IMG/VR virus record: IMGVR_UViG_3300021400_001580
Span: 1 to 64,000 of that record
Direction: 5' to 3' (one strand)
Source of the DNA: a virus
Taxonomy: Duplodnaviria; Caudoviricetes
Length of the DNA stretch: 64,000 nt
Shown: positions 11,101 to 25,500 of the stretch, in pieces
Numbering within the stretch: the stretch's first letter is position 1
Layout of the letters: each line of letters opens with the position of its first letter
Translations under genes and position numbers: made by a program
The notes under the pieces: model-generated
Databases searched by the model: none
What the model was told of the DNA's origin: nothing
What the model saw: the letters and a program-made list of their open reading frames with translations, nothing else

Positions 11101-14100
11101 GTTAAGGATGGCTCAAGCGAGTGATCAGGCTGCTGCGGCGGATCGTGCGGAAGCAGAAGCGAGTCATAGAGTGGCACTATCTGAAAGAGCGAAAAATCTT
11201 AAAGGAGCAATTACTGAAACCGGTGATAAATTAAAAGCAAATCAATTGTTAATGTCCAAGTTTACAAATGCTTCTATTGCTGCGCGTATGATTGGTCCGA
11301 TTATAACATCAATTAGTGCAGCACATTAGGATAGTTCTCAAGATAATATTTTAGGACATAACATAGAGATTTCTAAAATCGGTACAGGATTTGGTAATGC
11401 TTTATCTGGTGCTGGAACTGGTTTTTCTTTAGGCATGATGACTGGCAATCCTATTATTGGTATCATTGGCGGTGTTATAGGAGCTGCATTAAATGGCATA
11501 CCTGCGATGATAGATGGGCTTACCATGACTCTTTAGGAAAAGTATAATTTATAGCAAGAAGAATTTAAAAAAGCGTCAGATGAATCATTAAAAGCACAAG
11601 CAAAAGTAATTGATACTAAATCGTAGCTAGATAATTTAAAGCAATTATAGCAAGCAATGTATAATTCTACGGATGATATGAAAGCTTATACTGAAGCGAT
11701 GAATACACTAGGATAGTAGTATCCATAGCTAATAAGCACCTATGATTCAATGGGGAATATTATAATAGATTTAAATTCCGCAGAATCAATGTTGTTAGAT
11801 TTACGGCGTGAAAGTGCCTATGTTGCGCGAGAGGCAGCTGAGAAAGAGGCGGCTTCAGCAGAAACCAGATTAGAAATTTATAAAACTGGTATGGCCCAAT
11901 TAAATAATTTAAATATAGGTTCTATGCGTCAAAAATTATTGGCTGGAGAGTTATCTACCTTTTCACCAACATATTGGTAGTGGTCAACGGATGCCTATAG
12001 AGGACTTGATAATTTTATTAAAGATAACGCGTAGGCTTTAGGAGCGTCTGAACCCGCGGATGCAAATAATTATGGTTGGGCGCGCCAATTTTTCGGGTGG
12101 ACATTAAATTCTAACGAAGAATTAGAATTAACTGTTGATCAGTTAGAACAAGCTTATTCGCGATTAGAAATGTTAGTTAATAATTAGGAAAAAACTCTTA
12201 ACATTTCAAAAAACAATATTACACGTTGGGAATCTACTGAATAGTTTTTAAAAGAATTAAATAATACTAATCTTACTGCCGATAATAAAAACACGATTGC
12301 TAATGCAGGTATTTTTAGCGATTTATAGCGCGCGTATGTAACTCAGGCTCGTGATGTAAACTATAATACTGTAGAAGATTGGAAGGCTGCGGATGGAGAG
12401 GCTTATGCATAGGCTTAGGGAGATATCGCTGCTGCGCTCGCAACGTGGTTGAGTAATTTATCATCTTCTGCAGTTGACAAAATTATAAAGAATACTTCAG
12501 ATTTAACATAGTATAGGGATGCGGATGAGGTATTAAAGGCAGTTGGAATAAATAAAAATGATCCTGAAAATAAGACTTTAGTAACCGCATTTTAGCGTGA
12601 ATTTGTTGAAAGCAATTAGGCAAATCGTGATAGAATTTTAAGCACAATTTATTCTAATGATGGTAAGGGAACTGATTTAAATTCTAAATTAACTGGATTA
12701 GTTAAATTGTAGGAAAACGGTAAACAAAGTTTAGCGTAGCATATTGCATTTAATTTTAGAGAAACTTCAAAACGTGCTGCCACTATTATTTCAAAGTATG
12801 CAGATTATTTTACTAATTAGTTAGTTTCTATTAATGATTTAGCTGACAGTGGTTATTCAAGTTTAGCTAATAGTAGATTAAATGCATTATATAATTTATC
12901 TGAGGAGTTAAACGATTTAGGTGGCAGTTCACAAAATGCTTTATTTTCTACTATTACTAATATAGATTTTTCTAGTATCGAGTCATTATAGTCGGCAATT
13001 AAATCAGTTCAACAGTATTCATCCACTTTAACTGATAATGAAGAATAGGCAAAAGTTGCGGAAATAGTTGACACCTTAACTGATTCCATGAATAGCCTAA
13101 TGTTCAATATTGGGACCACTGCCGCTGCGCTAGAGTCTAAAATCGCGGCCGCGGCGAAAAATATTGAATCTTTAGCTACTGCGAATAATGCAGGATTAAG
13201 TTTTGATGCTGCAATGGAAGCGTATAATAAATTAAATGCTGCTTTCAGTAATGAAATTAATAGTTTTTCTGATGCATTTACTTTTGATTTTACAAAAGGT
13301 AAGTATGTTTATAATTAGAAAGGATTGACTCTAGCATTAGAATAGCAGCGGAAAGAACTAGATGATTATTACGCGCAATTAAATAAAACTATTGATAATG
13401 AAGCCGAAGCTATTGGTACTTTATCAGATGATGGAACGAGTTGGAGCAGTTCTGAGAATTATACCAAATATTTTGAAGAGTATGCAACAAATTTTAATGA
13501 TTTAATTACTGATTCCAAATCGTGGACAGATACAGATCTTAATACGCAAACATGGCAATAGCTTTTAAAAGAATTTAATGAAGCTCCGGAATATACTGCA
13601 AAGAATTGGGATACTTTTAATGAATGGTTATTAAAACGAGCCCAAACATAGCGTAAAGCAGTGGAAGGCGCGACAGCGGCATATGCTGAACAAGGGTTCT
13701 ATGAGCAATATACTTATGCAAATAATATTGACTGGGGCTCGTTAATTAGTGGCAATGGTTCTGATGCTGATAAGGCGATGGCCACTGCGATGGCTAAGAG
13801 CATGGGTGGAGCCATGGAGCCTATGGCCAAGTTACTTGGAGATAATCCAATTTTTTATAAGTTACTTGTTGGGGCTTTTACTAACTCTTTCACCGACAAA
13901 AAGGCTCAGGCGCAATTCCAAAGATAGGTTGAAAATGGTAGTACTGCTAAAGTTACTAATGCGTATAAAGATGTAGTTTCTAACTGGTCATCGGTAACTG
14001 AGGAACAGCGTAAAACTTTAGAAGACGCTTTAGGTAATGATTTTGAATAGGTAGAACAATACTTAATTAAGAATGAGGATGGTACTAATACCTATACATT

Positions 14101-17100
14101 AAACTGGTCCGAATTACTTGCTCATAAGAAAGATTTATCACAAGCCGTTTGGGATACCATTGAACAAACCACTGCGCAAATTTTTGATGACGCTACATCA
14201 ATGTTTAGTAAAGGCGGCGATTTCTTCTCCAAAGGCACTACTAGCCAAGCAGATATGGAATCTTTTGCCAATGAGATTCAAAAGTTAGCTAATTCTGGCT
14301 ATATTGTTGGCGAGGAATGGAAAGATGTTTCTGTTGGTAAGATCTTTGAATTTGATGAACTTACTCAAACTTCAAAGCTAACTGAAGAAGCGTGGAAGGT
14401 TTATGTCGAGGGCAAAAAAAAGGAGCTTAAAGCTTTAGATTATTCTGAGGAAGAAATTCAACGAATTTTAACCTCTACTGCCGCGCAACAAGTTGATGTT
14501 GAAAGTTTTATTAAAGACGCACGCGCTGCTGAGAATGGCTCATAGGCTCGTGAAACTTTAAAGGCTCAAATTTAGAATTGGAATATCGCTAAAACTGGAA
14601 AAGAATTAAGTGATGCTATTCTTGAAAATTATGCTAGTGCTATTTTACGCGGCGGTGATTGGGCGGTTAACTTCTTACAAGAGCTCGCACATGACAGCGG
14701 ATAGGAGCTAAGCACAGAACAAATTGAAGCTATTTATCGTACGCGAGTTACTGCACTCAATAAGGCACAAGAAGTATTATTGAGTGTTCAAGTGGGCAGC
14801 GTATTAGATGCAAGTACCGCGGCATTACTTTCTGCGACTGGCGCTATTACAACTAACGCTAATGGTATTGTCACACAAGTGAACGATTTAGTGGCGGCGC
14901 ATGAAGCTTTATATGCGCAATTAAAAGACGCATATGGTCACACGGTTAGCGATTTAAATAAAGCATATGCACAAGTTATGAATGCGCGCGAACGCTCAGA
15001 TATTGATGCTATTTCTGTAATGTAGAATGCAATGGGCATGACCTATGATGCATTGGGCGAAATGCTAGGCAAGTATGGTATTTCTTTATAGAAATGGTTG
15101 GACAACAATTAGAATCTATATGAAAAAATTGGTGGCGGTAAGATTCGTTTAACTGATTTTACAGCGTTTGCTTAGGGCATGGGCTGGTAGCCAGGTAGCG
15201 AAGAATATACTAGTGCATTTAAAGCTTATAATGATTCCTTAGTCGAGTTAAATTAGAAAACAGAAAAAGCTATTGTTGAAGAAGCAAAGAGTCTTTCTGG
15301 CGCGAAAGCAGGCGATAAGATTAATCTAACAATGCTTTGGACAGCAATTGAGGATGGTATTAGTAAGCAAATTTAGTCTTTACATCCTGAAGATTTTTAG
15401 TATTAGGGATAGTTATAGGCTGAAAAAGAAAGAATTGCGTCTGGATATAAAAAAGCGTTAGAAGCTTATGGTGCTACATTTGAAAATGGTATCTTAGAGA
15501 TTGGTGCAAATGCAGATATTCAAGGTATTATTTCTGCTGTTGCTACATTAGCTGAACAAAATGCAGATTTATTACCAAATCAATTAGCTGAGCTAAGAGA
15601 TACTGTTTCTGATTATATTAAGAATATTGCCAATTTAATCAAAAATGGTATTTCTGGTAGTATGAGTGAAGTTGAAGCGTAGTCGTTATAGGCTTGGGCC
15701 ACGACTCAAGGCTTAGGATAGCTTGATTTTACAAAGACCGCTGAAGGTTTAAAATTAAGTGAGCAATCCGCAATTTCATTATACTATACTCTTTCTAAGA
15801 TTGATAAACTATAGGCAAAAATAGTATTTGATGATTTAGCAGAATCATTAAAAGAGAGTAATGAAAATTATAAATCGTTCTCCAGTTTAGTAAGTCATAT
15901 TGATAGAATTAGAGATGGCACTTACGCAACCGATGGTAAAACTTCTACAGCCCGTCTAAAGCAGTATTAGGCTGAACTTTCGGTGGCATAGGAAATTCTT
16001 GCAACGCGATTAACCAACGAAGATGATTCATTTAACTTCATGTCTGGTGATATCCCTGCACCACAAAAAAATCCTTTAAATTATATTAAAAATTGGTCTG
16101 AAGCGTTTAAGACTATTAAAGAAGGATTTAAAGTTAAGAAAAAAGGAGTTAAGGGCGGATTCATCGACTATGAAGATTGGTATAATATTGTTAATGAAAT
16201 TAATAATATTGCCGCACTTGGTTAGCCAATTGAAATTGCCGGCGTTAAATTAAATGGTTCTTTAGAGACAGCATCAGAATTAATTTAGAAAGGCGCGGAT
16301 GCGCTTACTACGGTTGACAGCGGTGAAGTTAAAGTCGATCTCGGTAAGTTTGGTGTCGGATTAAAATCTGGCGCAGATTTAATGGGTAAAAATGTTGAAG
16401 ATGGAATTCATGCCATGGCGTAGACTTAGGTCGATATGTTAGATAGCATGATTAAAATGCTAGAAACAGTTGTGGCTATGGAGAAACTCGGAGATATTGA
16501 TACTAATAAAGATATGGTTATCAGTGTTCCTGAAATTTTAGCTAGTAATGAAGGAGAAGCAGAAGGCTCATTAGATGCGACGGGTAAATTTATTGAACGG
16601 TATGGCACCAAGTATAAAGATACGCGAAATCAGATTCTTGCATTGTTCCCAAAAAATGAAAATAATGATACTGCGCTAGATCAAGTTACTGCAAATGGTC
16701 ATAGTTTGCGAAAGATTTTAGAGGCGGAAGAGTCAGAATTACGAGATATGGGTATTAGTGCGCAAGACCTTTCTCGTCTTCTAACAAATCTTCATTAGCT
16801 GAGCATGAGCGATGAATTTGATATAGATAAACCTTGGGAAAGCTTCTTAAATATATTTGAAGGGATGGACTGGGGTGATCTAGTCATTGGCGCCAATGGT
16901 GGTAAGCATTAGATTCTTTTGACTGATGAGGGCAATTATTATCTTGATTATAGTAGTGATGCAGCAATTGCTCGCATTAAATAGATTATGCCGGCATGGC
17001 AAGATAATAAAGATGAAGAGATTACTGCTAAAGTACAAGACCTGATTGATAAAAAGAATCAAGGTAAGACTTTAGAAGTTTAGGAAGAGCTTCTATTACG

Positions 17101-20100
17101 CGTGTTAACCGGCGATATTAGTATTGAGACTGATGAAGAAGGCAAGCAAACTGGTTATATAGTTGGCGGGCAGACCTATACTTCTATGGAAGACGCCATT
17201 GCCGCGAGTAGTTTATTTAAGATTGATACCGATGGTGAAATAGAAGTTGAGAATGGCGTTGCGCGTGGCGTCATTAAACTATCGCAAGGTCAAATTGAAG
17301 TACGGGCAGATCAAACCGGGAAGATTACATATTCATATGGCGGCGAGGAGTGCGCCGATAAAAAGGAAGCATATCATCGAGCTTATGAAGCTATGACTGG
17401 TAAGTCTGCCACGATGACCAATAAGTCTGGCGAGGAAGTTGAGACTTCTGACTATGTAACTTGGTCTGCTACAGAACATCTAACTGTCGTTCCAACTGTT
17501 AGTGTCGATGGTAAGAAAGTAGATTTATAGAATGATCCCACAACTCGTGCTGCAATAGAAGACTTCCGTAATAAATCTGATGAAGAGATTTAGAATGCGT
17601 TTAAGCAAACTGGAGATGGCGGCTATACCGTTGAATTGAAAGACGGTATTGTGGTATCGTTTGATGAAAAAGATATTACTACTGATGGTAGCGTTGATCC
17701 AGCAAAGGTACGTGAGCAATTGGCCACAAGTCTGGGATTAGATACTGCTTTGGCTGGCACTATTGCTGAAGGTATTAAAACAGCATTAGGTGAGAACGGT
17801 ATTACAATTGAAAACTTAAATATCACGCCAACCACTGCTACTGTTGACGGCGACGTAGTAGTTGAACCCATTGCTGAAGCTTCTGGTACCGTTACTACAT
17901 TAAAAGTTAAGGCTGAAAATACCGAGGCCGACGGTACTATTACAGACGCGGAAATTGCTGCTATGCTAGATAATGCATCTATTGAGGTTACTATCAATGA
18001 CGAAGATGCAATTAACAAACTAACTAGTATTTAGGCTGAAGCCACTACTGTAGAAGATAGTGATCCAGAAGTCACTATTACCGCTAATACTGATGCAGCA
18101 CAAGCCGCATTAGATAATATTGTAAATACATTAAATGATATTAATAGTAAAGAGATTACTGTTACTACTCATTATGAAGAGACTGGCACGAAACCAATTT
18201 TACCGCCGAAGATTCCATTATCGCCAAAGAGGCCAGTAGATGCATCCGGTAATGTTGGAACTGCGAGAGCTGCAGGTACTCTTATGGGTGAACTTGGCCC
18301 TGAACTTGTAGTTTCTAACGGTCGTTATTTCGTCGCTGGTCAAAATGGTGCTGAGTTTGTTAATCTTGATACTGATGCAATTGTATTTAATCATTTACAG
18401 ACTGAACAGTTATTGAAGAAGGGTATGTCCCCAACCCGTGGAAAAGCTGTTACAAATGAGCGCAATGCAGTAGCATTCGCACATGGTAATATAAATGGTG
18501 GTCCTGCGATGGCTTCTGCTTCCGCGGCATTGGCGGCTTTAAAGCAGTTAAGATCAATGTGGGCGTCCTTGTTAGATATGACTACAAAAGATCTAGCTGG
18601 TCTTGGCGGCTCTGGTGGCGGCGGAGGCGGCAACAAAGCTTTCTTAAAGGACCTAGAACGTTGGTATGATTACTTACAATAGATTGCAGAACTTGAGGAA
18701 AAGATTAATCGTGAAGAGTTAAAACGTTAGACCATTATGTCTGATATGATTCCTCATGGTTAGGATTATGCCGCAAGTCAATTAGAAAGCCTTGCGCATT
18801 TACAAGATGAAATTAGATTACAGCAATAGCTTGTAGATGAACAATAGAAGTACTTTGATGATAGACGTAAGCAATTAAATGAAAAGAGCCCATTTGCTAG
18901 CTTATATCAATTTGACGAGAATGGCCAATTGATATATCAGAATGGTGCTTTTGAGCAGTTTACAAAAATGGTCGGTACTGATGAGCATGGCAAACCTAAA
19001 ATGTCGGTTGAAGATCAGTACAAATACATTACAGAGACTCTCGGTATTGATGCTTCGTACTTACAATATGATAGTTCTGGTAATAAAATTGAAGCGACTG
19101 ATACTGCAGGAATGGTACAAGCGTTCTGGGATCGCATTGAAGCCGATTAGAATGAAATGTAGAGCTTGCATGATTCTATTAATGAACACTAGGACGCTGT
19201 GTTACAGGCATAGTAGCAATAGAATGAAATTATGAAAGCAATCGAAGATAACTAGATTGCGGTTGAAGATAGAGTTCTAAATGCTATTGTGGATTCACGT
19301 CAACGCGAAATTGATGAGCTACAAAAATAGCGCGATGCTATTTAGGAAGCCTCCGATAGCTTAATTGATGGATTAAGTGATTAGTTATAGAAAGAACGTG
19401 ATATGTATGATCGGCAACAGAAGTCTGATGAATTAACAGGGCTTCAGCGCCGACTGAGCATTCTATAGCGTAGCGGAGGTTCCGCAACGGAAATTGCTAG
19501 TTTACAAGACTAGATTACTGGAAAATAGTAGGATGCGTATTTTGAAGCTCAACAAGCGCAGATTGATGCCTTGCGCGAAGCTAGTGATGCATAGATTGAA
19601 CGGCTAGATGCTTAGATCGATCTAATGACTGAATAGTTAGCGTATGAAAAAGAAAATGGATTACTTTGGGGTTAGGTTGCAACTATTATGTAGGGGAGTC
19701 CCGAACAAATTGCTAATTTCATCTAGTAGAATGATTCGCAATATTGGGGAGAATCTCCGACAAAATTAATTTAGGATACACGAGAAATTTTATTTGAAGC
19801 ATAGCAGTTTACTCAATTTAGAGACTCTGTTGAAGGCGGTATGGCCGCGTTAGTTGAACACTTTACTGATACTACCTTAACCACTACAAGTACAGATGCG
19901 TTTGATAGTGAAATGTCGCCTACCGGCAGCGAAAGTAATGGCTCTGGAACTGGTACTGATAAGTACGAAAAGTTGAATAAAAAGCAACATAAACATTATA
20001 CTCGTGATAAGAAGAAAGATGGCGGCTGGACGGCCTGGAAATTTGCTGGAAATGAGAATCATTAGTGGAAGAAGGGCAAATGCGCTCTTTGCGGCGAGAA

Positions 20101-20851
20101 GAAGCCGAAGAAGAGCGACGCTGATGGTGATAAACCTACTGGTGGTGACAAGCCTACTGGCGGAGATACTGGTAGTACTGGTGATGCTGGTGGTAAAACT
20201 ATTGAGTCTAAGAGATATGAATATGTCAATCCTTTAAAGCATCGTCGTATTATAACTTATACAGATGGTACAGTAGAAAAAGATCTTAAGGATCATGTAT
20301 GGGCCAATAATGCTTGCAAGCTATGTAAATGCCCACAAAACTATCATCCTGAAAATCATAATGAATTAATATGGGATGATCCATCTGCTACATCACTTTC
20401 AAAGGACGGCGGTTTTAGTGCTTCTGAACTAGCATTCCGAGAAGCGGGAATGACCCATGATCAAACCGAAATGGATACTCTTCACGCTCTTGCTACAATG
20501 GATCCTGCTGCAGCTGAGGCTGAAAAGAAGCGTCTAATGGAAGAGCTTGGTTTGAAGCTAAGTACAGATTCCATTCGTCGTGAGGCTCTAACTTATGCAG
20601 TTTCCCAAGCGTAGTATGATGCTATTGAGCGTAGTACACAGGAGTTATATTCTGCTATTCAAACCGCGGCTGTAGATGGCGTTGAAAATAATACTTCTAC
20701 TGCCACTACTATAGAAAAAGCAGAAATCAATTTAAACTTTGATAAACTAAGTAATGATTATGACGCGAAGCGCGCCGGATAGGTCGTAATGGACGAAATG
20801 CTCCGTATTGCGGCGAAATCTTCCGGCGGGAATCGTGTTGGAAGGAGGTAA
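8114..20851 (+). CDS. Giant tail tape measure protein (~4245 aa, dozens of in-frame TAG)
   Basis: RBS plus ATG at 8114. All 15 larger track fragments from 8666 to 19841 share one frame (start mod 3 = 2), and the junctions spot-checked were TAG. TP901-type TMP core (ELDKNITNIAVVT...IQTTRESAQNIGSAMKSIISRY) and GELGPELVV motif. Ends SGGNRVGRR-TAA at 20849-20851. Not every codon was checked for TAA/TGA. Confidence 0.88.
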
Positions 20852-20859
20852 AATGCAAT

Positions 20860-22563
20860 ATGGCTGATGAATATAGAGATTATGGCGCGCTTGATGGTTA
20901 GACATCGCCAAACGTGAAAGTTGATACTTAGCGTCGTACACAGGTTTATCAAGCGACTCATGATGGGGGAGACAGGCGTCTCCCCCTCATGGACCGCTCA
21001 TTTATTAGTTTTACATTTGGCGGCGAACATATCGAAGATTTTAGTGTGATTGCCACAACGTCTGGCGACAGAATGGAAAAGTAGGGTTACGCGGAATTCG
21101 AAGATACAACATCTACTTATTCTAATCTAGATGGACAACAGTATTGGAGTACGCATTATCATGCGCATGAATTTAATTTTACTTTATCGACTGATGGGAT
21201 GACATAGAAGACTCTAGATGAATTTTTGCACTGGTTTCAAGCCGGTACTACGCGGGAACTAATTTTGGCTGAGCATCCAAATCGCGCCATTCTCGCGCGA
21301 GTAGCATAGCCACCGCAATTGAGTTTATTGCCTTTTGAGGACGTAGTAACTTTTACATTGCGCGGCTAGGAATATAAAACAAAAACCACATTATATCGTG
21401 GTGATATTGAGTTAACACTTGTATCAGATGAGCCTTTTTGGTACTCAAAACGTAATCTTTTGGGGGAATATTCCAAAGAAGATAATGGTTATGTTGATAA
21501 ATGGATAAATACTAATGGAGTTGAAGAAGATATCTTTGCTTCTTAGGATGCATTGAAAATTTTATTAGAAGATGGTATTCCAATTGGTTCTATGTTAAAT
21601 GCTAGTATGCTACTTGGTAATGGTCGATACGCTGATTTGCGGGTAGATGAGTGGTCTAAAGTTTGTACTGCTGTGAAAGGTATTGATAATCCTAATCCTA
21701 AAAATCCATCACACTGGTTAGGGGCGCATATTTCAGGTGTATATGAAGGTACAGAGTATCATGGCATAATTGCTGGAGCAATTATCGGAAGAGAAACTAA
21801 TGGTATTTCTGCTCTCAAGTCTGGCGATGCCGGATATTTCTTTTATGCAGGTACAGCACCAGCGTTTACAGAAATTTCATTTAATATGGTACCTGTAATG
21901 AATGATTAGGGATATATTATTAGCCCAATAAATAGTCATAGTAATATAGCAAATAAGAAATATAACACTATTACAATTGAAAGTCGTACAGCTTAGCATT
22001 TAAAATTAACTACTCCAAATTTATATACTAGTTATAATAAGGCGATTGAATTGTGTTATCAATTTAATAGTACTGTTACGGATGTGGCAACAGGGAAACA
22101 ATTACTGCGTGATTCTATTAGGCACCCAAGTGTGCGTAAATACGCCTTACAAGTTGCTGAATCTAAGCTTAGCTTAAATGATGCAAAAGTTATAACAAGC
22201 GATCAAGTATCCGAAATGATTACTGAGATAAAGAAATTTTTAAATGGTAATAATGGAGTCCCTTCAGAGGCGTCTTTTACATTTAATAGTAAGACCGGTA
22301 AGGCTACCGGTACTTTTACTTATTATATAAAAGGCAGTAATAATTAGTTAGTAGCAACACAGTCAACTGAAGACGTGGGTGATATGTTACTATCTAATTA
22401 TATTATTATACGTGAAAAGAATTATCCAACATCTAAAGGGCAAATTGTTAATTGGAATGAAGGTCATGAATATTCTCATCGTATTATTCACGACATTACA
22501 ACCGGTAATGACAATGAGGGTTTAACTCATTTACAAGTTTTATATAGGCATATGTACTTATAA
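20860..22563 (+). CDS. Distal tail protein (Dit)-like, extended (567 aa, multiple TAG)
   Basis: AGGAGGT RBS. Dit-like motif FISFTFGGEHIEDFSVI and LILAEHPNR. Track fragments 21553, 22051 and 22375 are in the same frame. Ends TAA. Directly follows the TMP. Confidence 0.75.
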
Positions 22564-22586
22564 TGGAGTAAAAGGAGGCGATACAC

Positions 22587-25500
22587 ATGAGTGATGATGA
22601 GCATATCGCAGAACAATAGGAATATGATGTATACGATCTTGCGCAAAAGCAGGAAGAATATGATGCATTTGGTATTCGTAAAGAAGAGATTAGGAGCTAT
22701 GAAGTTTCATTATGGACTCTACAAGATACATTTATTACAGTATTAAAATGGTCAGATGTAGAGTAGGTTGGCCGTATTCAAGATCCTAAAATGACGTTAA
22801 GTACAGACGGGACGTAGAACTTTGAGTTTTCCATCCCTATGTATATTTATTAGGATGGAGAGCTTATTGAAAATCCAAATTGGTATACTATACATGATGG
22901 AAACTTACTTGCGGCCACGCGCAAGGTGAAAGTTATATTTAATAAAGGTACTTCTGATGAAGCGGTTTTTGAATTTATAATATTAGATGTGAATGAAGTA
23001 CATGATAATGATATTTTAACTTGTGAAGTGAAATGCGAGGGTCTTGCGTTTCACGAGTTAGGAAAGATTGGTTATAATTATTCACTTTCATAGGATACAT
23101 TTTATTTGGACTATAAGGAATGGGCTGAAGGTGATAATCGTGGATCTACACCAGAACCAATTCAAAATATTGATTATTGGTGCAAGAAAATTAATTTAAA
23201 GCCGCTTCCTGATTCTAATATTAATCCGCGGTAGTGGTATTATAAAGTTGATATGGCATATGCGAATACGAACAGTGCCAATAAAATTTATGAAGAATCA
23301 TTTGTATCATCATGGAAAGTGGAGAACGGCGAGTTAGTAGCTGATAAGGTAGAGAATGCGCGCGAAAAGGCGCGACCAATTTCTGCGGAACAAAGTAATA
23401 TTTATAATATTACGTAGTAGTTAGCGGAAACTTTTTAGGTATTTTGCCGCTATGAATACGGGTATGATGAGAACTATCACATTATTTCTCGCACGGTTGT
23501 ATTCTATAATAGCTTTTTAATGGAACAAGACGGTATTTCTAGTATTACTTATCCTTACAATAGTGCTCATATAAGTCGGAATAAAGATGCTACTAATTTA
23601 ACTACCAAACTATATGTATTGAATTTAGACGATGAAAGCGCGTTTGACGGCGTTCGTTCAATTATGAATGTAGATGCTAATAAAACGCGCGAAAATTATA
23701 TATTAAATTTCGATTATATGAAAGAAATCGGAAATGTAGATTAGGAGCAATATGACGCGATTAAGGCCTATGAGAAAAAGTGGCGCGATTTAAATATTGA
23801 ATTGGCACGGTTATAGGGTAATTTGGCCGCATATTAGCAGTAGAAGCCGGAGCTTGAAGGAAAGTTAGCTAGCTGCAGGAAATCGATTGAGGTTGCGGAA
23901 GAACAAATGAACTAGAATCGACAATTATAGCAAGAGCTTTCTTTAGATTCCGGGGGAGATGGAAAATGGATTATTGTTGAACCTAAAAATCCAGATATTC
24001 GTTTTGTAATTAAATAGGGAAAAAAGTATATTGTTAAATTAGACAATACTAATAAAGGAATTGACGGAGGCAGTTTAAAAGTATACGTTGACTTTAATAA
24101 TGCGCCAAGTGCTAATGAAACTAATCTAAAAGAATCAGATAATTTTGCTACCTTTGGAACAATTAAGTAGATTACAGATGATGCTGGCAATTTAATTAGT
24201 CTTTAGTTAAAGCCTGGTAAAAGAGACGGAAAAAAATATGAATTTGAAGACGCTGCGAAAGTATATTTAACATATCGATATGATCCGAAACTTTATTATG
24301 AAAAGATTATTAGTATGTGGAGTATGCGTGTTGACATAGATCGCACTAATTAGGTAAAATATGAAAATTAGTTATATGGGCGGTCTTTAAATGATGAAGA
24401 TCCAGAAACAATATCTCCTGTAGAGCCAGGTATTTTGGCAACGATTAAAACATTAGAAAAGCAAATTGAGAACAAGTTGTTAGATAAATAGGCATCTATA
24501 CTTGAATTTGAGCAGATGATGGGTCCAGCATTGCGTGAGGGATATTGGCAACCAGATGGGTATACTGATTATGGTGATTAGAAAGTAAATTAGATATATT
24601 TTAACACCAAGACTGCACTTAAAGATAAAAATGGCATGGATGTGAGTAATAAAAATGAGGCTAAAATAGCATTAAATGATAATTTAATTAAAGATACTAA
24701 TTTATCTTGTATTCCGGTTTGGGATTCAGAGCTTTTTGAAGACGAACAAGAGTTGTTCTATTATGATAGTTATTCTACATAGGGCAGCGCATCGGAAAAA
24801 GCATATCATTATTATGTGGACCTATCAAATATAACAATTCCAGACAATGCTAATTTATCAGAATGGAATTTTGTATTTACTGATCCATTAGATGTCGATG
24901 TAACTTCGCCGGTGGCGGCAACAGTGGAAACATTGGTCGCATTTGGCTTTGGATCAAAAGCCTTGATCCGATATATGGTGCATCTGGATGCCGGCAGCGG
25001 CACATATAAAATTATTCCAGTATTATTATTAATTGGTGCTTCTGAATTGGGTAAAACTTCATTAGCTCATATGCAATCGGTAGATTGCTCTCCACGAATT
25101 GGTAATATTCATGTGGGATTAGATTCTTAGACTGATACGCCTGCTATTATTGGTAGCGGTACAGTGGTTTCGGTAAAACAGGCTACAGAGAATGATTTTT
25201 TAGTATATCCGCGTATTAAATGTTCTTCATTAAATTTAAAAACAGATACTAGTTCATTCTTTTTAACACGAGAGGGATATACAGTTGATGGAACTGATAC
25301 TAGTTATCCTCCAGTAGTCATTAATCGCTTTGAAGATTATTATTATAATACTAAAATGGTATAGCGCTCTAATAATTATTATGTGGAGCAATTTTTTACT
25401 TTAAAACCTGAAGTGTTATTTTAGTTGCATACTACACAAGCCCATCCAATTACAGTTAATTATATAATTTCTAACGCCGATACCTCCATTTACCTCGATG

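Noticed and set aside
20853-20867. ATG at 20853 as the Dit start
   Set aside because: Reads MQYG-TGA. ATG 20860 gives the long frame with acceptable RBS spacing.
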